Shown piece by piece: positions 19,900 to 29,074 of a DNA stretch of 64,000 bases. The DNA comes from a virus (taxonomy: Duplodnaviria > Caudoviricetes). Under the pieces are notes generated by a model. The model was not told the origin of the DNA. It saw nothing but the letters and a program-made list of their open reading frames with translations, and made no database searches. Position 1 is the first letter of the stretch; every line of letters begins with the position of its first letter. The position numbers were made by a program, and so were the translations under genes. The DNA lies in the IMG/VR virus record IMGVR_UViG_3300028591_000083, positions 1 through 64,000 of that record, one strand, 5' to 3'.

Positions 19900-20220
19900 C
19901 GTTATGAAAATTATTAAAATTATTCAAAAATTTATATACTATTTTAATAAATTTTCTTTATTGTTCATTATGATGTTTAGTCATAATTACTACAATTTGC
20001 TGTAACGCACAGCAACTATCCCATTTTATTGGGACTACTTTTTTGTTAAAATTTACTAAATTATGACTCAATATAATATCGCTCTTGTTACATTTTTCAG
20101 CATCTTGTGCCGTAACAAATAAATTTTGCTTTATATTACATTGATTTTTAGTAAATTCATACAAATACTTTAATTTTGTTTTATGTGTTCAATGCTTTTT
20201 CAAACCACATATGTATAAAA
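19900..20220 (-). mobile_element. non-autonomous IS607 remnant retaining right end/omegaRNA
   Basis: 19900-20043 closely matches the right end of the IS607 at 50291-50423 (AAGTAGTCCCAATAAAATGGGATAG...GAACAATAAAGAAAATTTATTAAAAT...CATAACG); left boundary approximate. Confidence 0.75.
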
Positions 20221-20223
20221 GAA

Positions 20224-20670
20224 TCAGTCAAGGATTAGTTTGACATCTTCTTTGTTAGCTTGAACAGAATTTACAAGTAAAGTATAATCGCCAGTAGAAA
20301 AGTATTCATACAAACCTCTTGATAAATTTTCAAGTCCCATATTTTTTATAAAAGCATTTTGACCATCCATGTCATCTACAAAGCAATGTTCCAATGTGAT
20401 CGCGCTTTGAGTAATGATACTGGTTGCAATCTTGATATAGTTATTTATGGGCTTTCCATCACACGTTAAGATTTCTTTTATAATCTTATGTGCCTTATTA
20501 TTAAGAGTTAGATAAAACTGCACTACCGGGTCTTTTCTTTCTCTTAATACTGATACAACACTTTTTGGAACTTTATTAGCAACTGCCAATTTAATGTCCT
20601 CTGTTATATCAATACCTTGTTTTTCTAGTTCATTCAGTATACATAAACATTCATGTCTACTTGTAAGCAT
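20224..20670 (-). CDS. hypothetical protein
   Basis: 148-aa ORF with GGAGG SD between portal and protease. Confidence 0.7.
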   Translation of the reverse strand: MLTSRHECLCILNELEKQGIDITEDIKLAVANKVPKSVVSVLRERKDPVVQFYLTLNNKAHKIIKEILTCDGKPINNYIKIATSIITQSAITLEHCFVDDMDGQNAFIKNMGLENLSRGLYEYFSTGDYTLLVNSVQANKEDVKLILD

Positions 20671-20688
20671 TTTCTGTGCTCCTCCAAA

Positions 20689-22449
20689 TTATGCTTCAGG
20701 TGTTATGGTTGGTTCTGATTCAGTTTCAGGTTCTTCAAATGATGTTTCATTTTCCATTGACAGGTCAGGTCCGAAATCACGGCTTGGCATTCCACCACCG
20801 CTATGACTCGGCATATCAATATCCAAATCCATATCCATGTCGTCACCTTGTTCTTCACCAGTTCCAATTCCAAAAGTCTTTACAATATCAGCAATCTCTG
20901 ACAAACTAAGATAATCGGAAAGTAACCATTCGAGTACCTTTTTGATACCCTTTTCCTCTACTTTACCCTCTAACATACTGAGGATAGAATTTGCCTGATC
21001 CAAACGTGTCTGAATTTGCTCATCACGTTCTGTATCCTCTATTGTAGCCGGAGACACCATTTTTATTGTAAATTTGTTAATATAATCTAAATCTCTGTCA
21101 TCAAAATATAGATTTAATAGTGTAGTAATTCCGTTACAAATCGCAGTTTGTACTCTCATTACTGTATGGGCATATCTTGAACTTAATTTTGTTAAAGAAG
21201 TTCCATTTCCTAATCCTTCCGGTGAATCATAGTTCAAGTATTGTTTTGGAATTTTCAAAGCAGATAGTTTCTTATTATTGAAATAATCAATATCTGCAAT
21301 ATCTTTTACATTTACATCTCCACCAAGAGTTGTTGGTGTGATTGTTCCTTTTCCTTCTTTTGTTGGAACATAGATTACATTTTCCATAGGACCAGGTGAA
21401 TTGTAAGATGCTACAACTCCATTTTGTTTGTTTAATGCGATCTTCTGTTCAATTAAACTCTTTACTCGATGTAATAGTGATTCGGCTTCCGGCTTCGGCA
21501 TATTACCTACTTCTATTTGAAGAATTCTGATAAGTGCTGACTTAGCAAGTCTATTCATCATCATACTATCTTCTAATAGAGATACTGTTTGGGATGCAGG
21601 GTATGCATCTGCTAAAATTGACTTTCCTGTTTTTACTTTATATACTGCTGTTGCTCCTGTTTTTGAGTTTGTGACAGGGATTAGTTCTGGGTTTCTGTCA
21701 ATATTTCCAGCAAGACAAATATGAATAAAGCTAGTAGCGTCATAGATATCAATATCGTTTAGTGGAGTTGAATTCTGGAATAAAGCCGAGAATAGTCCTG
21801 AAGATGTAGGATCTTCTTCTTGTGAACCCATAACTCTGACAAATCCAACCGTCTTTCCTTTATCTTGTAGATCATAAATATTTGAAGGGTCATCTACATA
21901 CTCTACATATTCTTCTAGTTTTCTTGATGTGTCTCTTGGTTTTACACGGAGAACGGCATTTCCATGTTCTCTGCTATTATACATTTCTTCATAGTCAGAC
22001 TTGTCTCCGTGTCTATACAATCTAAGGTAAACATCACCATAGGTACACAAAGCATAAACAAGTGTCCATGCCATATCGTTAAGATGTAGATTCTTAATAA
22101 GTCTATCACAGGCTTTTTTGATGTTTGTATCATTTGATTCTGCCCAGATAATTTCTCCGGTTCTATAATTATACTGTGTTGCATCATCTGCATACATTTC
22201 AACAGCGGCAGCAATAGTGGCATCGGCAAGTAGATTTTCAAATTGTTGATATCTTTCCTTTCTTACAGTAGAAAGAGATCTGAATTTAGAAATTTCATTA
22301 GCATCAATTAGTGCTCCTGAACCACCGTCTAAAATCTGTTTAGTTGTAATATCCTTTTCTTTAGATACTACCGGAAGACCATCTTTATTATCAACATTAG
22401 GTCTTGCTTTTATTCTAAGAGCATCTTCAAAGAATTTTCTAATACCCAT
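20689..22449 (-). CDS. portal protein (gp20-like)
   Basis: LLEDSMMMNRL, IEVGNMPKPEAE, TLGGD...DIADIDYFNNK...ALKIPK motifs. Confidence 0.93.
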   Translation of the reverse strand: MGIRKFFEDALRIKARPNVDNKDGLPVVSKEKDITTKQILDGGSGALIDANEISKFRSLSTVRKERYQQFENLLADATIAAAVEMYADDATQYNYRTGEIIWAESNDTNIKKACDRLIKNLHLNDMAWTLVYALCTYGDVYLRLYRHGDKSDYEEMYNSREHGNAVLRVKPRDTSRKLEEYVEYVDDPSNIYDLQDKGKTVGFVRVMGSQEEDPTSSGLFSALFQNSTPLNDIDIYDATSFIHICLAGNIDRNPELIPVTNSKTGATAVYKVKTGKSILADAYPASQTVSLLEDSMMMNRLAKSALIRILQIEVGNMPKPEAESLLHRVKSLIEQKIALNKQNGVVASYNSPGPMENVIYVPTKEGKGTITPTTLGGDVNVKDIADIDYFNNKKLSALKIPKQYLNYDSPEGLGNGTSLTKLSSRYAHTVMRVQTAICNGITTLLNLYFDDRDLDYINKFTIKMVSPATIEDTERDEQIQTRLDQANSILSMLEGKVEEKGIKKVLEWLLSDYLSLSEIADIVKTFGIGTGEEQGDDMDMDLDIDMPSHSGGGMPSRDFGPDLSMENETSFEEPETESEPTITPEA

Positions 22450-22462
22450 AAAATACTCTCCT

Positions 22463-24910
22463 TTACCACATTAGTATATTATCATTTCCAAAGTTATTAA
22501 GAAGATTATTCAATGCATCATTTGCTAACTGTGAATTCTTAGCTCTTTGTTGTTGTGCTGTCTGTGTCGCCGCCAAAGAACTTGCAAAGTTCTGCATAAA
22601 TTCTTCTTGTGGGTTTACCTCTGCATTTATATTTGCCATTGTAGATAGTAACTGACCACTATCAACAAGACTGTCTTTATGTTTTGTTGCGTTTAGAACT
22701 GCGCCTGCTAAAGAGTCTGACATATCTTTTGAATTGTGTACGACAACACTATTTCCTATTGGGAAATTATGAATATTCTCAATCTCTATGTCATATACTG
22801 GAATAGTATTGTCTAACTTAATTATTCTCTTACTCTTAATATACAATTCATTATTGTCAATACACTTTAATCTTTGTTTATCACTAATATTCTGTGCTTC
22901 AACAAACTCACCGGAATAAAGCATAAACTTATGTTCTGGAGTACATCTAACTATATATTCGTCATTAAAAGTAACTTCTAGCAAAGTGTCAACATACTTT
23001 GTCACAAATACTTTCTTTATTCTATTCAAAGATACTTTATCGTTCTCAATAGTTTGAACATAATAATTTGATACACCGGAACAATTAAATAAACTCCTTA
23101 TTGTTTTTCTGAACAATTTATTATGTATGACATCATATAATAGTATCTCTGTATCCTCTGTAAAACATCCTTCCGCTGGATGATCTAGCTTTCCTGTTTG
23201 AACATCTCTTTGAAGTTCAATCAACTCTTTTTCCAATAGTTCTATTTGAATAAGTCCTATTCTTTCATCATTCATTGCAGAACGTAAAGTAAGATATCCT
23301 TCCGGTGATTTATCCATAGAAAGAATGGTTGCATCATATCCTTGTTGAACCAAGAGTTGTTTTGTATCAGCAGATTGGAAACCGTCAAGACTTACTCCTA
23401 CTATATTAAATCCTTGTGATCTTAGATAGTATATGAATCTTCTTGTTTTCTCAAAAGATATCTCAGAACCTTGTGGAGCTTTAATATCTACTGAGAATAT
23501 ATGTTTATATGTCATTTCAGATATAATGGTTTCATTTGCTCCGTCATATATTTGTGTTTCTTTTACACCGGAAGAACCAACATCTGAAATACCTGTTTTA
23601 TCTCCTGTCAAAGAAGCGTCAATATGAATAAACTGTGGCATTGAACGAACAGCCAATGGAACTTTATCTATTTGAAAGAAATCTGCTATTTGAAGATCAT
23701 CTTTTGTTCCAATAGTAAGTACATCATTTACAAATGGATTCTTATAATCTTTTATATAGCATTTAGAAAACATATCATAATTGAAGAATGTGGTTGCACC
23801 AATAACAGATATTCCGGCAAGATTCATAAGAGCTGTATTTACATCAAGAACAAAACTTTGTTTCAACTCAACCGGAACCATAAGAATTCTATATCCTTGT
23901 TTCTTATATGCATCTTCTTGTTCTTCTGTTAAATCATCATTAAGAATCATTGACTTTAGGGATTTATTACCAACAGCAACAGGGAACTTTTTGCCGCTAA
24001 ATGTATTATTAGGTTTTATTACCCATTGTGGTTCATCAATTACTAATAAATGTTGATCCTGCTTCTCAGATCGCATCTTTTTAATGTATGCTTCAATAAA
24101 ATCTTGGTCTGACTTCTTTGATGAAACCATAAACAATCTAGCATACTGTCTACCGTTTTTAATAAAACGTGAATTCATACGTTCTTTGATAGCATTGTAC
24201 GTTACCATTATTCCATTTTTTACATCCAATGCGCTCGAACCTTTAATTCCACCTCTAGTAAAATCACACTCATCCATCATCGCGCAGTAGCATTGTTGAC
24301 CTAAAGCGTGTTCCGATTTAGAACCGTATTTGATGGTTATATTTTTTGGAGGACTGTATAATATATTTATTCTTCCAGATGTAGCTCCTCTATCAAGAAA
24401 CCACGGACTAGCTAATAACATCTTATGAAGTGTTTTATATCCAACACCCTCTGCTAGTGTTAGTGTGATGTTCAAGAAGAATATTGCTATCTCTTCTCCC
24501 TCAATCATATTAAAATATTTTTGAGGATTTTTAAGACACATAAGTTCATATAACTTATAGGCTAAACATACATCGGCAGTTTTTGTTTTTCCAACACCAA
24601 TAGCCCCTGTGAAGATTATCTCTTCATAAGCAAGGGCTGGATCAAATATTTTTCTATATGTCTTTCGCCAGTATGGATAAATAAGTTCTCCATTTCCAGT
24701 GGATTTACCAAGATAGTTTGGATTACGAATAAATTCATCTATTGGAACTGGTATTTCTTCATAATCTTCATGCCAAATATCGTATAGTGTTTTAGATGTT
24801 CCTGTTTCTTGATATTCCCGCAGAATAGTAAGAATAAGCTCTTTATTCTCTTTTGTCATATTAGAGAGTTCTTCTTTGCTGATATGTGTGATATCGTCTA
24901 ATGTGAACAT
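22463..24910 (-). CDS. terL: terminase large subunit containing a mini-intein
   Basis: Walker A GAIGVGKT, Walker B AMMDE, nuclease HIDAS, LDGFQS, DHP...SKDMSDSLAG. Confidence 0.92.
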   Translation of the reverse strand: MFTLDDITHISKEELSNMTKENKELILTILREYQETGTSKTLYDIWHEDYEEIPVPIDEFIRNPNYLGKSTGNGELIYPYWRKTYRKIFDPALAYEEIIFTGAIGVGKTKTADVCLAYKLYELMCLKNPQKYFNMIEGEEIAIFFLNITLTLAEGVGYKTLHKMLLASPWFLDRGATSGRINILYSPPKNITIKYGSKSEHALGQQCYCAMMDECDFTRGGIKGSSALDVKNGIMVTYNAIKERMNSRFIKNGRQYARLFMVSSKKSDQDFIEAYIKKMRSEKQDQHLLVIDEPQWVIKPNNTFSGKKFPVAVGNKSLKSMILNDDLTEEQEDAYKKQGYRILMVPVELKQSFVLDVNTALMNLAGISVIGATTFFNYDMFSKCYIKDYKNPFVNDVLTIGTKDDLQIADFFQIDKVPLAVRSMPQFIHIDASLTGDKTGISDVGSSGVKETQIYDGANETIISEMTYKHIFSVDIKAPQGSEISFEKTRRFIYYLRSQGFNIVGVSLDGFQSADTKQLLVQQGYDATILSMDKSPEGYLTLRSAMNDERIGLIQIELLEKELIELQRDVQTGKLDHPAEGCFTEDTEILLYDVIHNKLFRKTIRSLFNCSGVSNYYVQTIENDKVSLNRIKKVFVTKYVDTLLEVTFNDEYIVRCTPEHKFMLYSGEFVEAQNISDKQRLKCIDNNELYIKSKRIIKLDNTIPVYDIEIENIHNFPIGNSVVVHNSKDMSDSLAGAVLNATKHKDSLVDSGQLLSTMANINAEVNPQEEFMQNFASSLAATQTAQQQRAKNSQLANDALNNLLNNFGNDNILMW
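22733..23167 (-). mobile_element. mini-intein (145 aa, no endonuclease) in TerL nuclease domain
   Basis: Starts CFTEDT, has RCTPEHKF block B and VYDIEI...HNF, ends VVHN followed by Ser. Confidence 0.92.
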
Positions 24911-25055
24911 AGATAAAGTCCTCCTACGTTATCAATTTCACTTATTGATAGTGTTGAAGGACTTATAAAATTTATAACTTTTTTAGTTGTAAATGTTTTA
25001 CTTTTCTGATTTAGTTAGTTTCTTTAAGCCTTTGTCAATTATATATATTAGAAAC

Positions 25056-25089
25056 AAAAAACGCCAGACATTTTTCAGTCTGACGTTTT
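25056..25089 (-). terminator. intrinsic terminator
   Basis: AAAACGCCAGAC...GTCTGACGTTTT hairpin with T tract. Confidence 0.6.
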
Positions 25090-25150
25090 AGTAAACTCCT
25101 TCTACTCATGGAAGGTTAGATAAATTATTAAATAAAGTGCATTAGTATTT

Positions 25151-25414
25151 TTAAACTGTAACCTCAATCCAAAGAGACTTACTTCCTGATGCACTCAGAT
25201 ACTCTACTTCTACATCCATTAGTTCAGGTGTGTTTTTAAGAACATCTTTAAAATATTCTCCATCCGCAATCATATCTTCGGATGTTTTATCATAAATTCT
25301 AACTTTTTCATTTATTGCTGTCAGTTGAGCTAATAGACCCAGTGTAAGTCCTGAGTTTCTTATTGATTGAGCAACATAAGTTCTTATTGGAGATTCTTTT
25401 AGCTTCTTAACCAT
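25151..25414 (-). CDS. leader-tagged hypothetical protein (MVKKLKES)
   Basis: ORF with SD and shared leader. Confidence 0.7.
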   Translation of the reverse strand: MVKKLKESPIRTYVAQSIRNSGLTLGLLAQLTAINEKVRIYDKTSEDMIADGEYFKDVLKNTPELMDVEVEYLSASGSKSLWIEVTV

Positions 25415-25429
25415 TTACATTCACGCTCC

Positions 25430-26092
25430 TTAAACAAGCTGCATAAGAGTAGAATTTCTAGCACAAATAGCCATTAGTTCTCCTGTATCTCTCATTTTAA
25501 GTAAAGCACCATTCATTCCATATACTCCTGAAGAAACACCAATTACATCATATCCGCGATCATAGAGATCATTTGCTTCTTCAAAAGAATAAGTTGTGAT
25601 ATCTTCTGCTTTTCCGCTGCGAACAAGATCTCTTAGTTCTTTCTGAGTATACTTACGTCTACTAGATTCGGTCATTCTTTTTTGTCTGCGAGAACGCTGT
25701 CTTGGAATAACACATTCTTTCTTATGAGCATCCGCTTCTTCTCTCTCTTCCTCAATCTTATCAACAACTGGCTTTAGAGCGTCAATATAACTAAGACCTA
25801 CTCTCTTGAACCATTGCTTTACCATTTCAGAAGTAACACGAACTTTAACATCATATCCATCAACAGTGTCCTGAAATAGATCAATAAGAGCTTCATATGC
25901 AATAGAAGTTGCTTTTCTGCGCTTATTAAAGATTTCATCATAAAGTCTCTTTGTATTAAAGAGCCACATATCTACTGCATCAGAAATATAAACTAGCTCT
26001 GCTTTTCCGTCACTATCTTTGAAAGAATCATCAAGTGCCTGATATACCTGACGGCTATATCCCTTATCTACTTCTTTGATTAGCTTAATCAT
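25430..26092 (-). CDS. leader-tagged two-module hypothetical protein (MIKLIKE)
   Basis: Start after AAAGGTTG SD; internal KRMTES precedes second module. Confidence 0.7.
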   Translation of the reverse strand: MIKLIKEVDKGYSRQVYQALDDSFKDSDGKAELVYISDAVDMWLFNTKRLYDEIFNKRRKATSIAYEALIDLFQDTVDGYDVKVRVTSEMVKQWFKRVGLSYIDALKPVVDKIEEEREEADAHKKECVIPRQRSRRQKRMTESSRRKYTQKELRDLVRSGKAEDITTYSFEEANDLYDRGYDVIGVSSGVYGMNGALLKMRDTGELMAICARNSTLMQLV

Positions 26093-26121
26093 TTTGAAAT
26101 CAACCTTTCTTTGTATAAAAA

Positions 26122-26481
26122 TCAATAACCTAGTTCATCAAGTGCTGCACTGATAGCCTGACCGAGGAAATAACATCTAAGAGTTACATCTGCCCACTCA
26201 GGATCGGTGAGCGCTTTCTTATAAGAATCAGCTTCTCCGCCAAATTCCTCAATAGCTTCAACAAGATCATCTTCATTTCCGCGAACAGCATCTCTTGCCT
26301 CTTCTGCATTGAAGAAGAAAGAACCAGAACCGTTACCTGTAACAGAATCTTCTGCCCAAAGATCATCGTTCATAGACTGTTCAAGATCGTCTCTATCATC
26401 CGTATCCCAATCAAAATCATCTTTCCAATCTTCAAAGTTCTCGACAATAATGTCCTTCATTTCATCAACATAATTATACAT
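26122..26481 (-). CDS. small highly acidic protein (VTGNGSGS motif), DNA-mimic candidate
   Basis: 119 aa, strongly Asp/Glu-rich. Confidence 0.6.
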   Translation of the reverse strand: MYNYVDEMKDIIVENFEDWKDDFDWDTDDRDDLEQSMNDDLWAEDSVTGNGSGSFFFNAEEARDAVRGNEDDLVEAIEEFGGEADSYKKALTDPEWADVTLRCYFLGQAISAALDELGY

Positions 26482-26511
26482 AATAAAACATTCCTTTCTT
26501 AAAATAGTTTT

Positions 26512-27105
26512 TTATCTTCTTGAATTGAGCCTGTGAATAAATCTGCTTTTCATTGTTCTGTTCTCTTGCAGAGAATATTCAAGTTCACTCTCATTCAATA
26601 TTGATTCAGAAATTTTCAAAATAGATTCTTTGAAATAATCAAAATCAAACTTAAATTTGAAATCTCCGTGACGCGAGAAAAAGTCATCCGCATCTGATTC
26701 ATTGGAAATCTTATTATTGACTTCAACTTTACGATAATGTTCTGGATTATCTGCGTTTGTTTCAAAATAAATAAGTGTTGCAGGACTTGTATTGATTCCA
26801 TAGAAATACGATTCTTGTTCAAACCATTCTGCTAGATATTTGGCATCCTCCTTCGTGATATTGAACAACATAAAACTATGTTCAATATTTCCATATTTTC
26901 CTTCAATCGGAACATATTGGATTCCAAGTTCCTTTAACTTCTGCTTTAATTCTCTTGTATTCTTATTATTTTCCGATGCTGAATTTTTCATTCCCATTGG
27001 ATTTTCAGCGGAAAGAACAGCAAATGTTCTGATCTTACCGGAACTATCTCCAAACAGAGCTTGCTTTACTTTTGAATTTGGATTTTCTTGAATATAAAGT
27101 TTCAT
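26512..27105 (-). CDS. leader-tagged DUF3293-like protein (MKLYIQE)
   Basis: FAVLSAENPMG...EGKYGNIEHSF...FEQES pattern. Confidence 0.55.
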   Translation of the reverse strand: MKLYIQENPNSKVKQALFGDSSGKIRTFAVLSAENPMGMKNSASENNKNTRELKQKLKELGIQYVPIEGKYGNIEHSFMLFNITKEDAKYLAEWFEQESYFYGINTSPATLIYFETNADNPEHYRKVEVNNKISNESDADDFFSRHGDFKFKFDFDYFKESILKISESILNESELEYSLQENRTMKSRFIHRLNSRR

Positions 27106-27282
27106 ACATTCACCACCTATTTATCCAATGTGCGCTTCTTCAACGCACACCTTTATTGTTTACTATTTATTATTTTATTTTTACATTCTGTTATTTTTTT
27201 TATGTTTTATAAAATGGGGTTGGTTCTTTTTGTCGGATCATAGGATTCTCAACGCAAGAACCAACTCCCATATATTCAAGAA

Positions 27283-28119
27283 TTAGTGAAGAATTACCCT
27301 ATAATGTTCTCTTTGAATATTATATCCTCCTGCAATAATTGTTTCAAGTCTCGTAGATCCTCTGTCTCCGATAATAACGCCATTGATTGCCGGTCCGTTT
27401 ACTGTGAGATATTTGTAATCCTGAATAGTTCCTACTTTTTTCGTAACTCTACGAATAAGATCAAGCACATAAAAGTCAGAATCTTTATTTGCACGTTTTT
27501 CAAGTGTTTCATCAGAAACATCAAGCCAGTATTCATAATCAACAGCAACCGCACCATATTCATATGCGAGGCTTCTCATTTCCTTTTGCTTCGCGGAACC
27601 GAATAAACCAGACAATCTTATTGAAACTTCACTTGCGATATCACGATATTTAGTATATCTGTTAAGAAGCATCTCATAAATACCGTCTTTAAGTTCTTTC
27701 ATAATCGGCGGAAGATCATCTACAGACTTCTGTTTTGCGATTTCCATTTGAAGTTGTGTTTCATATTTAGTTTTCTTATCTTCAAGTTCAAAGATTTTAT
27801 TCCAACAAGAAAGCTGATCACGAATAACAGAAACTAAATCATAGTATTCTTTCCAGTGCTCATGTGCTACTTCACTGGAAATACCAAAATCAATATCTGC
27901 ATATTCATCATAAAATCTGTGACCCATTGAATTCGGCTTCTTGTTATATTTACTATATGAGGAATATTTATCATAGTCAGCTACTTTCATACCAATAGCT
28001 TTTTCAAGAGCTTCTTTCTTCTTTTGCTCTCTTGCTTCCAGTGTTTTGATTCTTTCTTCGCGCTTTTCGATATCAACGTTAATCTTATCCAGTTGATCTT
28101 GAATTTTCTGAATATCCAT
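27283..28119 (-). CDS. hypothetical early protein
   Basis: Start MDIQK after AAAGGAG SD and own sigma70 promoter; C-terminal ETIIAGGYNIQREHYRVIL. Confidence 0.75.
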   Translation of the reverse strand: MDIQKIQDQLDKINVDIEKREERIKTLEAREQKKKEALEKAIGMKVADYDKYSSYSKYNKKPNSMGHRFYDEYADIDFGISSEVAHEHWKEYYDLVSVIRDQLSCWNKIFELEDKKTKYETQLQMEIAKQKSVDDLPPIMKELKDGIYEMLLNRYTKYRDIASEVSIRLSGLFGSAKQKEMRSLAYEYGAVAVDYEYWLDVSDETLEKRANKDSDFYVLDLIRRVTKKVGTIQDYKYLTVNGPAINGVIIGDRGSTRLETIIAGGYNIQREHYRVILH

Positions 28120-28160
28120 TTTTACTCTCCTTTCACACAATCCATTTACCTTACAAATAT

Positions 28161-28189
28161 AGTATAACACATTTTAGAGTAAATGTCAA
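28161..28189 (-). promoter_or_regulatory. sigma70/sigmaA-type promoter
   Basis: TTGACA-17 nt-TATACT with extended -10 TG. Confidence 0.8.
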
Positions 28190-28232
28190 GTGTTTTCTGA
28201 AAAATTTTTTATTTAACTATATAATCTCGAAT

Positions 28233-28264
28233 AATGGAGTAGGCTTTTTTAGAACCTACTCCAT
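28233..28264 (-). terminator. hairpin separating tagged-gene operon from promoter island
   Basis: ATGGAGTAGG...CCTACTCCAT inverted repeat. Confidence 0.55.
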
Positions 28265-28274
28265 ATTTGGTTAC

Positions 28275-29057
28275 TTATTTAGTTCTTCTGTTTCTTTTTG
28301 ATCTCTTATAATTCTCTCTTGCAAGTTGTCTATTATCTCCGCCAAGAGTGTTAATAATGAAGTCATAAAGAACATTTACAGCTCTCATGAAAGCAATTCC
28401 ACGCTTTTTATGAACTGTATCCGGAATACCGTCATACTTAGGTGTGATATCTACATTCTTTCCGTCTGTTGTGATATCAAAAGAAGTTTCAGGATCATCT
28501 TCACGGTAAACAGTTACTTTTGGATTCATTGAACCGCCGATTGCCTTAAAAGCGCTTCCTAGCTTATTCATAAGTTGATTCTTGATTGTCATAAGAGATG
28601 CTGCTACTCCTTCGTCAACTCTATTTGTGCGAACACTCTCTGTAATCGGAGCTTCCTGAATATCAACAGAATAATCCGTGATTTCTACATTGTCATAATC
28701 CTCAATAGTAGAACCGACATAAGAATAATTCACATAACCTTTTACCGTAACAGTAACATCATATTCACTATTTTTATCCGGATTACTTAGTTTGAATTCC
28801 TTTTCTGCGTATCTAAGAATATCTCTTTCAACATCATCGAAAGCACTGTCTTTTAGATAATCATAATGAACATCTGACGGAAGATCACCGTTCTCAATAT
28901 CTACAACATCAAAATCAATAAGTTCACTGTTCCAGAATCTAACTTGCGGAGAAGTGAAATAAGAGAAATTGTATGTGAATTCGCATACAAAATCAAAACC
29001 ACTTTCTTGTGTTTTGTATATCGTCTGTTTTGGATATTCTTCAATATATAGTTTCAT
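28275..29057 (-). CDS. leader-tagged hypothetical protein (MKLYIEE)
   Basis: Shared leader; internal PITES. Confidence 0.75.
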   Translation of the reverse strand: MKLYIEEYPKQTIYKTQESGFDFVCEFTYNFSYFTSPQVRFWNSELIDFDVVDIENGDLPSDVHYDYLKDSAFDDVERDILRYAEKEFKLSNPDKNSEYDVTVTVKGYVNYSYVGSTIEDYDNVEITDYSVDIQEAPITESVRTNRVDEGVAASLMTIKNQLMNKLGSAFKAIGGSMNPKVTVYREDDPETSFDITTDGKNVDITPKYDGIPDTVHKKRGIAFMRAVNVLYDFIINTLGGDNRQLARENYKRSKRNRRTK

Positions 29058-29074
29058 CTAACACATCTCCTATC

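Noticed and set aside
19958-20164. 68-aa ORF containing KKVVPIKWD
   Set aside because: It reads through the IS607 remnant; the match is the tnpB tail/omegaRNA, not a separate gene.
4930-24980. T4-like late promoters TATAAAT(A) near 4935, 4960, 19930 and 24970 (minus strand)
   Set aside because: Plausible, but the motif is too common in this AT-rich sequence to support without enrichment statistics.
28120-28170. Shared N-terminus MLYYICK in ORFs 27283 and 44852
   Set aside because: Artefact of translating the conserved promoter (GTGTTATACTATATTTGTAAG); the real starts are downstream after SD sites.
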